Below are positions 12,994-27,788 of a DNA stretch of 64,000 nt, piece after piece. Each line of letters starts with the position of its first letter. Positions within the stretch are counted from its first letter, which is position 1. Where the stretch lies: NCBI RefSeq assembly GCF_006345805.1, contig NW_021833241.1, forward strand, positions 1 through 64,000, given 5' to 3'. Below the pieces are notes generated by a model, which saw only the letters and a list, made by a program, of their open reading frames with translations, ran no database searches and was not told where the DNA came from. The DNA comes from Octopus sinensis. Taxonomy: Eukaryota. Both the position numbers and the translations under genes were made by a program.

Positions 12994-14302
12994 AATAAAT
13001 ATGTATATATATATATATATGTACATATATACATTAGTGTGATGACTACTAAGACGACATCCAATATGCTAGACTTAGACCCCATATGCTCTGCGCAATA
13101 AGAAAAGATTGTTCTCAAGAAAATTCAGCAAAATTTACTGCAGATAATTATATCCTGCTTCTTTATCTCCAGTATTTCGGTGCGCCAAAACGAAGAATTT
13201 TGAAATGTAACCCAAATATAATTGGTAGAACCATATGCATGTTCAATCTCATGTGAACGTCTTATGTATACTTCTGCATATTATGTTTGGCTATCTAAAC
13301 ATAGCAGTTCGGCAAATAATACCGATAGAATTAGTACTATGCGTAATAAATATTTCCTGGGACAGATATGTTCGACTAAAACCTTCAAGGTCCTGCTCCA
13401 GCATGGCTGCAGTCAAGTGTGTGTATTCATTATTTGTTGTAAAGTTGTCAAGCACTATTGTGCTCGATCTGCAAACAGAGTAGAGATAATAGAATGATAA
13501 AAAATCACATATTTTGAGAAATTCATTTGCTAGATTTGTGTGGGCGCAACAGTTTATTATTCCATTCTTCAAGCTGAAAACAAGATCGTTTGATACTTGC
13601 TTTCAAAATGTCATTAGGTAAAATACGCTAATGAATGATGTATAAACATGTTTTTTATAATCCATATTGATTTCCCCTAAGAAATAGATAAGAAAATATG
13701 AGCGAGGTATGCAAAGTTACAATATATCAAAAACTTATCAAAAATCAAAATCGTAAAAGAAGTATCATTGCTTGATGATATAGCCGGTGGTGTACCTATA
13801 AATCCTACCTAACTATATTTCTTAAAATTCGGAAGTAAAGAAAATATATCGTTCCCGGGAAACCTGCTTTGTGGTAGATTGTTATATACTTTAACCGTTG
13901 TAGGTTTTCGAGAGAACATATTGAACATCTTTTTCACCCATTAAGGATTTTCCATTTGATGTCATACTTAGACCTTCATATTTTAATTTCCTGATTAAAG
14001 CTGAGAGGTTTGTTGTATGTCTTTTGCTACGGTGTCTAAAACTTGAGAGGAGGACGTTATATCTGGATTTAAATTTCATCTTCCACTGCTCCCATATAAC
14101 GACTGATTACAGTCTGAAATATAGTTCGATGATACCTGGACTTCATAAACAACGGGATATATATCATATTTCTGTCCTAGAGGTCATTTAAGTTTCCTTC
14201 TACATGTGCATCATATGCACGAATAAGTCTTCTGTTGTTTATTCATATAGATCTTTATAATACGGATGGGGTGGTTAAATTTTAATCTTCTGTCTATCAA
14301 AG

Positions 14303-14452
14303 TGTTATGCCGCACGATCGGATGTCTTCTACTCAACTCGACTCTCGACTCTTGTCTGGTCTAGTCAACTACTCTCATGACGTCTAGGCTTCTCCCTCTA
14401 TATCAACGGATTGGGCTAGCCTACTTCATCGTCTGCGAGCGTCCACACAACA
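14303..14452. mobile_element. 150-bp solo-LTR-like element with 5-bp TSD
   Basis: The termini are TGTT...AACA, flanked by the direct repeat CAAAG at 14298-14302 and 14453-14457. A second copy lies at 4238-4380. Confidence 0.7.
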
Positions 14453-15744
14453 CAAAGATATTATTATAGCTAAGGGTTCTATGAAATTAAATATCTAATG
14501 AGTGGAAGAACCTTCTAACTTCGTTGATCCGAAAGATTAAGAAAAGAAAAAGGTGTGAGAGCAAACTATAAAACATTCAGAGACTTATCTTTATGACTAG
14601 ATGATAGAAGAAGTGCTGTTGTAAACCATTTTATCAGTAACGTCACTATCCAGTCGAGCCTTGTTACGACATGGGGCAGCCTTTTTGAATATTTCTTTAG
14701 AAGAAGGCATGTGACCCTGTGGCTAATATTCGGAGTGAAGTTCTTAAATACAATGAGCGGGAGAGAGGAGTGGTTATTAATATATTTAAGGTTATAATAT
14801 ATTTAGAATATTAATGTTATTATTAGCGAGTTGTCTTGATTTGCACTTTTTAGTTGATCCTTTTGTCCCCTTATTTTGAAAACAAATATAAGTATTTCCA
14901 TTTGAGAAAATATTCCTTTCATTAAAATTATCTACTGCTAACGTAGGATCAATGCAAAATCTATACTGCGGAAATTGTTGTGTGATATAGGTCAAAATTG
15001 AACAGGGAAAAGCAAACAAATACAAATATGAGGTAATTGATGGTTAATACGAATATGAACTGCAAGACAATAATCGAATATGGCATTACATGCCCCTAAT
15101 GCTATGAGAAATAAATCAGCCAAAACAAGTGAAAATAAAACACATTATGTCTCGGTACATGAACAGGAAATCACAAATTCAACTATGAGAAACTTTTCAT
15201 TCAGTTTATGAATCAGGAACATTTGTAAAAAATGGAAAATTGAAAGTGTTTAATATTTCAAATTACAGGAAGATTATCAAGTGCAAAAAGCAACAGAAGA
15301 AACCATTAAAATAATTCAAAATGGAAAGTAAACCAGAAATAATCAACACGGCTACAGTAAATGAGAAACTGTTTTAATACGGATTATACCATAAAACGTG
15401 TTTCTGAAAAGCTAAAAAATGCTTACATACAAATAAAAAAATTATTCTATGACGTTCTAGGTTTCTTTTTTAAAGATATCTTTATATAATAATTAGTAAT
15501 TACCGAAAACCTTTCTTCAGGTGTTTTGTGATTTGTTCTTCGTGTTTGTGAGTTTGTGTGTGTGTAAATATGTGTGTGTGTGTGGGTGTATATGTATACA
15601 AATTTAGATATGTTTGTATGAATATATATGTACACACGCACACAGATACACACACACACGCTCATATATATATGTGTGTGTGCGTGTACACACATGTTTG
15701 TGAATGAACATAATTATTTAAACACAAACATACACACACACACA

Positions 15745-15839
<95 letters not shown>

Positions 15840-17768
15840 CAAACACCCTTATATATATGTATGTATATATATGTGTGTGTGCATGTATGTATATATATAG
15901 ATGTGTGTGTGCATGTGTGTATGTATGTGTATTTGCGTATATCTACTCACCACATTCAAAGCACTTACCTGACTGCTTTTACATACTTCCTTTACAACGA
16001 ATTTACTTTCGTATTTACGTATGTATATATTTATGTATGTATGTATGCATGTATGAACATACGTACGTATACATTTATGTATATATGTATGAATGTATGT
16101 ATGGATATACGCATTTGTGTGTGTACGTATTAGGTACCCACGCAGTTTAGAATGTATGCATTCCTTTATGTATGTGTATTGAATTTTGCCAACATCATGA
16201 AGATATTTCGCGGTAAGTAATATTGTGAACATTACTTAGTAGAGTGAAAGTGATTTGCTTCAATGGATTCACTGAGCATGAAATTACTCTGGATGGCTTG
16301 GAAGACGAATAAAGTTTCTCTTCTCTTTGACATATGAAGCATTACTGGATTTTATTTGTTAAAAAAAGTGTTAAATAAAACAATATATCCAAACAGATTA
16401 ATTATTAATCTATAAACACACGGAGAAGACTTCCAATATATAACGGCTCAACGATCAAGGATTTTCCTTCGGATATATATATGCAAATTTGCACACATAA
16501 ATTAAATAAACCTCCACTTATATACAGATAGACACACACTCTCTTATACTCGCATATAAATACAAGCAAACTAACGCTAACATATAAATGCGTGTAGTGC
16601 AAGAAATACAATTGAATTTTCCATCTAATTTATGCAGTTGCTTAGCAAGTACAATCAAGTTATTACAGTTCGCTTCAAGTATTTGAACGATATATGAGAT
16701 TGCGTACATGCTCGTGTATGTGTGTGTTTGAATACTAGCACAAACACATACACACATACAGACACACACAAACACACACTCACCCGAATGCACGTAAACA
16801 CATACATGTAATCACATACGCCATTTACGCACATCATAAATTCATAACTATACTCTTATATACATCAATAAACATACATATGAAAAACTATATCTAAATA
16901 TACATACAGAAATATATGTAGGAATATCAGGGCTAAATTTAATGCTTTTTCTTCCCTCTTTTCAGGCAGAGCTTGATGTATTGCTGTCTGGTACGGTGTT
17001 GAAGAGCATAAGAAAAAAATTGGTAGTAGAAAAAATGTTAACACAGAAGCTGAATTTGAATATATCTGATCATTGGCAAAGCGTTACCTCTGTCAGGATA
17101 AGAGTTATCTCTCTCAGGATAAACTAATGCACTTTGAATGTTATAAAAGATGTAAGGGGTATGATAGGCAACTGCAATTGAGATTACGGAGTTCATCGCT
17201 TGCAAACATTTGTCTTCCTTCATCATTGAACAAGGAACAGGCTCAATTTAGACTTGAAGCAACTGGGGTGGATTTCTGTTGGAAGGCCATATGTGTGTGA
17301 CAATACGATCCAATTCCTAACCAAACTGCCGGAAAGCATCGGAATTGTTTATCAGTGCATATTTTGAATTCAGTAGCCCGAATCACTGACCCTTTTCATC
17401 CGATTGTAGTCTCCCAGATAATTGTGTATATTCGTCGGGAGCACGGATAAGAAAGATAGTCAACGCATTACCAGAAATGCTAAGGCCGATCTAAAGTTCC
17501 TGAAAGAGGAATTGTTCTAAGAACTTCCCAAGGGCACAGTGAGAAAAGCATCTGTCAGTTTTTGAGAGAATTTGAGGCCGGGATCGAAGCCGAGAATGGC
17601 AAATTTGAGGACACTTTTATCTCTTATTCACAATCTATGTTTGTATATTTTGATATTTTAAAATCCTGTTTTCCCTTAGATGGGGCACTGTGGCTTATTT
17701 TCCATGTATACAAACTGTCAAATGTAACCCGAAAATCTCTGGATATATATTATATATATAGAATTAAT

Positions 17769-17803
<35 letters not shown>

Positions 17804-17812
17804 TACACAAAC

Positions 17813-17844
<32 letters not shown>

Positions 17845-17947
17845 CAACTTTTAAAAAAGCTGTCCTTGTATGAAACGATTGTACTAAAAACCTATCATTC
17901 TGTTGCTTCTTTCTCGTATATAGATATATAGATATATATACACAAAA

Positions 17948-17978
<31 letters not shown>

Positions 17979-18072
17979 AACACTTTTAAAAAAGCCGTGT
18001 CCTTGTATGAAACGATTGTACTAAAAACCTATCCATTCTTGTTGCTTCTTCTCGTATATATTATATATATAG

Positions 18073-18123
<51 letters not shown>

Positions 18124-18234
18124 AACATATATATATATATATATATATAATATATATATACAACTTTTAAAAAAGCCTGTCCTTGTATGAAACGATTGTA
18201 CTAAAAACCTATCCATTCTTGTTGCTTCTTTCTC

Positions 18235-18269
<35 letters not shown>

Positions 18270-18498
18270 AACATACATATATATATATATATACACTTTT
18301 AATAAAGCCTGTCCTTGTATGAACGATTGTACTAAAAACCTATCCATTCTTGTTGCTTCTTTCTCGATATATATTATATATAATATATATATACACCAAC
18401 ATACATATATATATTATATATATACACTTTTAATAAGACCCTGCCTTGTATGAAACGATTGTACTAAAAACCTATCTATTCTTGTTGCTTCTTTCTCG

Positions 18499-18530
<32 letters not shown>

Positions 18531-18760
18531 AACATACACTATATATATAATATATACAACTTTTAATAAAGCCTGTCCTTGTATGAAACGATTGTACTAA
18601 AAACCTATTCATTCTTGTTGTTCTTTCTCGTATATATATATATATATATATATAATAACACAAACATACTATATAATATATTATAACAACTTTTAATAAA
18701 GCCTGTCCTGGTATGAAACGATTGTACTAAAAACCTATTCATTCTGTTGCTTCTTTCTCG
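17845..18760. repeat. Array of seven ~73-bp conserved units separated by (AT)n-rich spacers
   Basis: The unit caacttttaa(a/t)aaagcctgtccttgtatgaaacgattgtactaaaaacctat(c/t)cattcttgttgcttctttctcg starts at ~17845, 17979, 18161, 18294, 18425, 18557 and 18687. Confidence 0.92.
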
Positions 18761-19415
18761 TATATATAATATATATTATTATATATATATATATATATCT
18801 ATATATATATATGTATATATATATATATTATATATATATATATATGTATATATGTGGATAGTTATCCCTTCCCCTACGAATGTTAGTTCAAGCAAACGAA
18901 AAAACCGCATTATTATGGGATGGCACACATCCCATGAACTATACGATCGCAACATCGTGAGTTCAATTGCCAGCGTCGTGTGGTATCCTTCAGCAAGGTA
19001 CTTTATTTCTTGTTGCCCCAGTCCACTCAGCTAGCAAAAGGGAGTAGGGTCCGCATTTTAAAGGTCCAGCCCTATCACAGACTGTGTCATTCTGAATCTC
19101 CTTGAAAACTACGTTAAGGGTACACGGATCTGTCCAGTGCTCAGTCACGTGCACGTTAATTTTACGAGCAGGCTATTCTGTTGATCGGAAACCTCGTCTT
19201 TTTACCGACGGAGTGACATCTGTATAGAAGACAGACGTTTTTTGAAATGGTTATTACGCAGCAGCAGGCGGAGGGTGGGAGACATTTATGTCCGAGAGGT
19301 ACCATTCGGTCAATGGTTTCGACACATTAAAATAACACTAAAATATGAACCGAAACTTAATTATTTTGTGAATGTTTTTAAAAACGTCCGTCCTTTCTGC
19401 CCCACCCTGAATATG

Positions 19416-19453
<38 letters not shown>

Positions 19454-19456
19454 GTG

Positions 19457-19517
<61 letters not shown>

Positions 19518-20982
19518 TGTGTGTGTGTTTGTGCACGCGCCTTAAATGCTCTTTGGATACTTCCAGAAACAGAAAAGGATTTAATCAAAGAAATTTTATT
19601 TCTATTATTCTGTAAAATAATATTTAATTAGTTTAAATGTACACAAATGCATAAAAATAATCTTTAATTCCATTAAACACTCTAAAATACTATTAAATTT
19701 TATTTCATTTTAAAAAAGGTAAAATCGGTCAGAACTTATGTGATGATCAAATATTATATATTTGTGTGTGTATGACAGAGAGAGAGAATGTGTGTATGTG
19801 ATGTGTATAATATATATATAAATGTAGATATAGATATATATGCGTATATACATTTATATACACAAATATACACATGTTAATATGTATATATATATATATA
19901 TATATATATGCACATATACATATATATACATATACTAATATATACACACATATACACATTTATTCATATATATATATATAAATGTGTGTATGTGTGTGTG
20001 TGTGTGTATGTATGTAAATGTGACAGGGCTGCATATATCTGCTTAGTGACCTAGAACCCAGCAAGGTTAGCAATGTCTGAGTTCGCAAATTTTTTACGTA
20101 TCAACATGGTGTAAGTGTGCGGAAGATGATCTTTTTTTTAATGCGTGTAGTCCATTATAGATTCGAATTACTGAGAAAGACAGAGAATCGCTTAGAGTTA
20201 TGTAAATTGTATATTGTTTGAAAGAGCATATGATGTAAGGGAAAGGTTATTCATTGGTGTGAAAAGATGAGTGATGCTTGAATATGGGATGATAGTGAAA
20301 GATGTGATAAGGCAGCGGAGTTTTTATGGCAGAAGCTGTGGCATCGAGAGATCGGCTGCGCTTGGGATAACAGAACGTGTGCCAAGAAAGCGTGAAAACA
20401 AAAAAAAAAACACTTATTCTCCGGGTTGGCAGACATCTTAAGTCCAAAATGGAGGTGAAAATATCTTGATAAAATACACGTGTATATGTATGAAGAATAA
20501 GAAGAAAAAGAGAAACAATTGTAAGATAACGCAATTCCATTTTCAAGAGAGAGTAAAACATTATGTAGAATTCTCAAAACACAAAGAATATATCCTTAAC
20601 TGCAGGTTGGCTTTTGTCCTTTTAAATAAATGGAGTAAGGATTCTTTGCGTTGTAAAGCTTCCAAAGTGTGCGTATCGTCTCGAAAACTGGAGAATACAA
20701 TTGCAATAGCGATGAATCTAGATTAATATATAAATTTGCGCGTTTATTCTAGTACGCTCTCAAGTGGCCCTGCATTAAGTCAGCCATAATTTTGTTCTAC
20801 ATACACACGCACAGACACATGAATATAGGCATACATAAATACATACACACATACACACACACATACATACATAGCTGTACACAGGTATACGTACGTGTGT
20901 CTATGTAAACATGAGTTGCATATTAATGTATACATACACACACTCAAATACATACATGCATACGTACATGCGTGTGTGTGTG

Positions 20983-21052
<70 letters not shown>

Positions 21053-21054
<2 letters not shown>

Positions 21055-21083
21055 TAGATGGATAGATAAATATATAGATAGAG

Positions 21084-21115
<32 letters not shown>

Positions 21116-21145
21116 GGATAGATGGATAGATAGATAGATGGATAG

Positions 21146-21235
<90 letters not shown>

Positions 21236-21245
21236 GGATAGATAA

Positions 21246-21307
<62 letters not shown>

Positions 21308-21317
21308 GGATAGATAG

Positions 21318-21408
<91 letters not shown>
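21053..21408. repeat. (GATA)n microsatellite
   Basis: Visible directly. It explains the YLSI-repeat ORFs. Confidence 0.97.
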
Positions 21409-21410
<2 letters not shown>

Positions 21411-22097
21411 GAGGCATGGAAACACACAGAAAGAGAAACAGATAAGTATATATATACATACATACATGCGTGTACATATCTACAAATACACACACAGACA
21501 CCCTCTCACACACTGGCGTATGCACATACACACTCCTCTCTCTCACTCACACACAAACACATACAGACGGGCGCGCGCACACTTGCACTTATTAGAATGT
21601 ATCTGAACAAATATTCTGAACTGAACAAAACCGTTATCAATACTGATGCTTTTCATAGACGCATATGTTTAATGTAGACTTGAAGAAGATGATGAATCAT
21701 GTGTTTATTTGAATTAATACCTGCATTATCTTTCGAAAATACTGAATTCGCAAAGAAACAAGCTAACAAAGCAATATAACTATGTATTTCGTGATGTTCA
21801 GAGATTAGGTTTTAACAAAAAAATTTTAATTGGAAATGAATTTAGATTCGTACAAAAGCGTAGATAACGGAATATATATATATATATATATATATAGTAC
21901 TATCATAATTGCAACATTGACAATACACCCTGATATTACTTGTAGAAAGTAGATTTTTAAGATAAATGTCTGTATAAATATCTCTTAATATATATGTAAA
22001 CATATGCATACAAATATATATATTATATATATATATTATATATATATATATATAATATATATATTATATATATGTATGTATGCATGTATATATATAT

Positions 22098-22128
<31 letters not shown>

Positions 22129-22150
22129 GCATATATATATAATATATATA

Positions 22151-22196
<46 letters not shown>

Positions 22197-23434
22197 TTCA
22201 AGTTTATTTCAAGATACATACACGCACTTACACACACACATATGTATGCAAGTATGAATGTATATATGTATAATCTGATATGTAAATTTCAATATATACA
22301 TTAATATACGCACATATTATCTTACCTACATTCACAAATATGTATAGTCTGCCAAGCATTTACATATCTGCATATATCTATATTCATAAACACACCCAAA
22401 CACACTCACATACACAGATATATGTGTGTATAAGCATGTATACAAGTGTTTGTATGTGTGTCCACGTGTGTGCTATGTTGTGTGTTTGTGTGTGTCTATG
22501 TGTGTGTAAATATATATACACATTTAGAATGGAATTTTTACCTCCGAAACGGCGTACGAGTGTTCAGTAAAAATATTATAAAATGCAAAATGGAATCACG
22601 TAATGGCAAGTGGAACAGAAAAGCGAAGATGCTTGTCTAACCGGAAAATATTACTGACACATATAAAGAATTAGTAATACGCCCATATTATTATTCCTCT
22701 AATTTGCTAATGTTTACTATTCACTTGTTTTAGTTGGTGATGTCTAGTATGAATCTTCAGGCTAGGAATTGATTCGCAGTGTCGATTACAAACACTCCGG
22801 AAGTCTTTCATATCATTACAAACAATCCGTCTACGAGCATGACTTATTAAACGAGTACGTGACATAACCGAGACATCGAAATATGGTCGAGGCTGATTTT
22901 TGGGAAGATAGACGATTTGTTGTTTTTTATTTTCCTATTCTCCGGGAACTGATTATAAATAGTCATAGTTCGCAGAAAGAATATGCAAATGTCGTTGGGT
23001 ATGAAACCATTAAACAGTCACACAAAGATGTTACAGTAAGTAAGAAGGGAAATTTAGCAAAAGCAGACTGAAGGGAAATATCTCAGTTTTACTGTTTACG
23101 TAATGTTTACTGATTGTATAGTCAAAACGTTTTGCATATTCCGTCTGCAAATTATGAATATTACAATTATTATACAAATCAGAGTTTCCGGAAACAGGTG
23201 TCAAGTAAAGTACGTATGCATTTATTTCAGCCTTCTGCTTCTTATGCTCTTTGTAAATAAATTTTCAAACACATATGCATTCACACAGACAGAAACACAC
23301 ACAAACAATCACAAACACACACATATATATGACATTGTTCAGTTTTATTTCAAGATTCCTTGCTAATAGAGAAAGAGTCGGTTTCTAACTTCGATTCAAG
23401 GCTCCTCGGCTGGAATTTCAACAGGGTATTTTTG

Positions 23435-23465
<31 letters not shown>

Positions 23466-23604
23466 GTATGTATGTATGCATGTATAAATCCTTAAATCCT
23501 TAAAAATGTTTTAGCCCGAAGGCCGCGGCCATGCTGGGGCACCACCGCTGTTATGTATGTATTTTCATGCATATAGTTGCATATCGAGACATGCTCATAT
23601 ATAT

Positions 23605-24480
23605 TTAAAAGATTAACGTCTGGAAAATTTTACTAAATGATACAGTTCCAGTGATGTACTGAATCTGTAGTTTTCGAATTAACGTTCTCCTTTCTTGTTT
23701 TGAGAAGCCTAACTTATCAAGATTGGTATTTAGGCAGTCTGTTACATATCCCAGTACCCCAATAATTACAGGTATAAACCTGAACTTGTAATTTAGATAA
23801 AATAACTGCAGATTTCTCAATAGTTCAACGTAGGTATTCTCTTTTTCACTGACCTTCTGTATTATGTTAATATCTGCTGGGAAGCTAATTTCCGCAACTA
23901 TACACAATTTCTCTTCCTTATCCCAAATCATTATATCAGGTCTCTTGTCCTTACATTTTATTGAGGTCTTCACTGGGACATTCTACCAGTATTCCTTTTT
24001 ATTATGAGAAGCTATCCCTTCTACCATACTGTGGATTCTTATTTCTTCGTCCTGGGGGTTATCCTTCCGAAGGATTTCATTATAGAGTAACCTAGCTAAA
24101 ACATCATGTCACTTCGGTAGATAATACTGTGATGATATTTTGGCGCAACTGGTTATGATGTGGGTGATTTCTTCGGTGTTAATTCCACAAATTCTGCATC
24201 GGTTGTCGCATTTTACTGATTTTCTTGCATCTGTATCCCTTTTATGCATCGGGCATTTTGTTGATATTTCCTGTTCCTCGATTGCAAAAACATACCCTTC
24301 AAAGCAGGAAGTAATGATCCGGTTATTGGCCCATGATAGACTAATTTGATGATCAATGTTACTATCATCTCGAAGCGTTATACTAACATATCCATGCATA
24401 ATCTTCCGCTCATTTAGGCTCATCCTTTAATCTAATGGAATATATGCACGTATACATTCCATCAGATGATATATATTTCT
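23605..24480 (-). mobile_element. R4/Dong-like non-LTR retrotransposon (restriction-like endonuclease), decayed 3' fragment
   Basis: ORF 24109-24423 contains SCFEGYVFAIEEQEISTK and the CCHC knuckle CRICGINTEEITHIITSC. ORF 23605-23973 contains RPDIMIWDKEEKLCIVAEISFPADINIIQKVSEKENTY (PD-(D/E)xK endonuclease) and FIPVIIGVLG. Stops and frameshifts lie between them. Confidence 0.85.
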
Positions 24481-24494
24481 CGTTATTTAAATAC

Positions 24495-24574
<80 letters not shown>

Positions 24575-24689
24575 ATATATATATATATATATAATATGTA
24601 TATATTCTCGTTATTAGAATACACTGCAATATAGAGACATATTGCTCAGAGAACAGAACGTGGATGAAACTATAGTGCATTTGGTCACT

Positions 24690-24824
24690 GCGTATACTTA
24701 TATACACGACGGGCTTCTTTCAGTTTCCGTTTACTGAATCCAGTCACAATGATCTGGTCGACCCGAGGCTATAGTAGAAGACGCCTGTCTAAGTTGCTAT
24801 GCAGTGGTACTGAACCCAGAGACG
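24690..24824 (-). mobile_element. SINE family B fragment
   Basis: cgacgggcttctttcagtttccgttt...ggtcgacccgaggctatagtagaagac...ggtactgaaccc, cut off by the (TACA)n array. Confidence 0.7.
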
Positions 24825-25277
24825 TACATACATACATACTTACATACATACGTACATAAATGCATACACACATACATATATACATACACACATGCATATA
24901 TACATACATACATAATACATACATACATACATACATACATACACACATGCATATATACATACATACATACATACATACATACATACATACATACATACAT
25001 ACATACATACATACATACATACATAAATACATACATACATAAATACATACATACATACATACATACATACATACATACATACATACATGCGTACATACAT
25101 ACATACATGCATATATACATACATACATATATACATACATACATACATACATACATACATACATGCATATATACATACATACATACATACATACATACAT
25201 ACATACATACATACATAAATACATACATACATACATACATACATACATACATACGTACATACATACATACATACATA
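24825..25277. repeat. (TACA)n microsatellite
   Basis: Visible directly. It explains the MYVC/HTYI ORFs. Confidence 0.97.
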
Positions 25278-26229
25278 TGCAACAATATTGTTGTTCATAT
25301 TTCATATTTCATATTCAAACGTGAAATTCTGTTGAAACTTTTTTTGCAGAATGTGTTATGCCATGTAAGACAGAAAATCATCTTTATTGTATACATTGAT
25401 ATTCCTAATATTTCTTGCATATTCAGATTTTTATGCTCTATATATTGGACTCTGAGCATCTATAATTTTTGAATATGTTTCTGCTTGCATAAAAATTAAT
25501 ATTCCCATTCCTTGTTGCATATTGCCTGAATCGGCGATGGCTATGGTAGAGTGTAATCATGGAACGTATAAAAATATGCTATTCTCTTTTTTCAATGGTA
25601 TTCGAAATATTTTAATAACGTTTTCAAATATGATTTTATTAGATTTTACCAGAATCCTGGAAAAATCTCGCATTTAGGCATGTAACAATATTAATAAATG
25701 TAAATAATGGCATCAAAAAGTGGCTACACAAGCTTTCCTCAAGTTTATATGTACCACGCCTGTTTTAAAGACATTTCCCCCAAATTTATATTATGACGTG
25801 GTTCTAATTTTCGTCCAGTGGGCCCTAAATATTTACATGCATTTTCTCAGGGTTAGCGAATAAGGGTAATGATTAAGTGCAGTTTGTGTCTATTTCCCGA
25901 AACCAATTGTGATTGTTGGGCAAAATGTGTTCTAAAGGCTTCCCCCCTCCTAACTATATCAAACTGAGTAACTATATAAGTGGTACCAATTGCGATATTT
26001 TCACTATAGTAAAGAATATAGGAATGCTGGCTTTGGTTATTGGCTGCAGTTCCCGGAGGAAATACAAGGTATCCCAGAATTAAATATCTATTTCAGTAAA
26101 ATGAGGCATTTAAAAAAAACTCACTTTTGTTTACGTTTATCAGGTTTAACATGTTTTAAAAGTGTATAAATTTTTTATTCTGTTTATAATTTGATATTTT
26201 CTATAATTTTCTGACAATTTCATATTCTA

Positions 26230-26640
26230 GGAGTGACTGAGTGACTGTGTGGTAAGTAGCGTGTTTACCAACCACATGATTCCGGGTTCAGTCAAACTAC
26301 GTGGCATCTTGGGCAAGTATTTTCTACTATAGCCCCGGGCCGACCAATGCCTTGTGAGTGGATTTGGTAGACGGAAACTGAAAGACGCCCGTCGTATATA
26401 TGTATATATATATATATATATATGCATGTCTATGTTTGTGTGTCTGTGTTTGTCTCCCCTAGCATTGCTTGACAACCGCTGCTGGTGTGTTTACGTCGCC
26501 GTCACTTAGCGGTTCAGCAAAATAGAGCGATAGAATAAGTACTGGGCTTACAAAGAGTAAGTCCTGGGGTTCGTTTGCTCGACTAAAGGCGGTGCTCCAG
26601 CATGGCCGCAGTCAAATGACTGAAACAAGAAAAAGAGTAA
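26230..26640 (+). mobile_element. SINE family B, near full length
   Basis: tRNA-like head gtgtggtaagtagc..ccgggttcagtc, then a CORE-like cttgggcaagt, an internal AT/GT microsatellite, and the 3' end ggcggtgctccagcatggccgcagtcaaatgactgaaacaag with an AAAAGAGT tail. Confidence 0.85.
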
Positions 26641-26962
26641 CGAGCGTATTTCTGTCGAATCACTCTTATCTACCCGACAGATTTAAAAAAAATTGGTGGC
26701 AATTATTTTCTCTGCCTCCCTCTCCAGGGTGGACGAATAGTTTAGCTGAACTTAATGAATGTGGAAGATAACTCCTGAAATTGCCTCAAAATGCGTTTCG
26801 CAACGCTAAGGATAGATTATAGGCATTCAGGCATACAGTCGGAGCACAGATCGAAAATTTCGTTAGAGGTAAAAATTTATTTGTTTGCTATCATAATTAA
26901 GTAATAAAAAAACTCTTGTCAGTTTTGTTTTCTTTTTTAATTTACCTGATTGCGATGAAATA

Positions 26963-27103
26963 TAAGGTTGTCCCAAAAGATCGTAGAAAGTCTTGGAAAA
27001 TAATGGTCTTTATTTTGAGGAATAATTTTTGTTGTTTTTGTTAGTACTTGGCGAGTAAAAATTCAATTTTCGCAAGTGTTTACGAACTTTTGGGACAACC
27101 TAA
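26963..27103. mobile_element. Mariner-type MITE (~140 bp)
   Basis: TIRs are aggttgtcccaaaagatcgta and tacgaacttttgggacaacct, in a TA context. Confidence 0.65.
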
Positions 27104-27378
27104 CAGTTAATTCTGGAACACCCCGTATATAAAATGTGTTGCCTATGGCGTGGCCGCTTTACTTATATGGTCCGTTCGGTTTTCTTTCAATACTCACACA
27201 TTCCACAAATAAATGAGTTTGTAGAGTTGATGCGCATTTCACATCTTTAGTTTTCCTTCGTTCAGTTTTTCTCAGACTCACACATTACCCTCATGCCTCA
27301 TGTGGAAGGCATCTTAGAAATTAAAGTTTGGAATAACATTCATTCTGTAAACAACAAAAAAAACTATATGTTCCTCAA

Positions 27379-27788
27379 ACTCTTTTACTCTTTTACTCTT
27401 TTACTTGTTTCAGTCATTTGACTGCGGCCATGCTGGAGCACCGCCTTTTAGTCGAGCAAATCGACCCCGGGACTTATTCTTTGTAAGCCCAGTACTTATA
27501 CTATCGGTCTCTTTTTGCCGAACCGCTAAGTGACGGGGACGTAAACACACCAGCATCGGTTGTCAAGCAATGCTAGGGGGACAAACACAAAGACACACAC
27601 ACACATACATATATATATATACATATATACGACAGGCTTCTTTCAGTTTCCGTCTACCAAATCCACTCACAAGGAATTGGTCGGCCCGGGGCTATAGCAG
27701 AAGACACTTGCCCAAGATGCCACGCAGTGGGACTGAACCCGGAACAATGTGGTTGTTTAGCAAGCTACTTACCACAGAGCCACTCCTG
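27379..27788 (-). mobile_element. SINE family B, full length
   Basis: Reverse complement of the 26230 family, with an (ACTCTTTT)n tail at 27379-27405. Confidence 0.88.

Noticed and set aside
17845-18760. CRISPR array interpretation
   Set aside because: The repeats are ~73 bp, the spacers are (AT)n microsatellite rather than unique sequence, there are no cas genes, and the context is eukaryotic.
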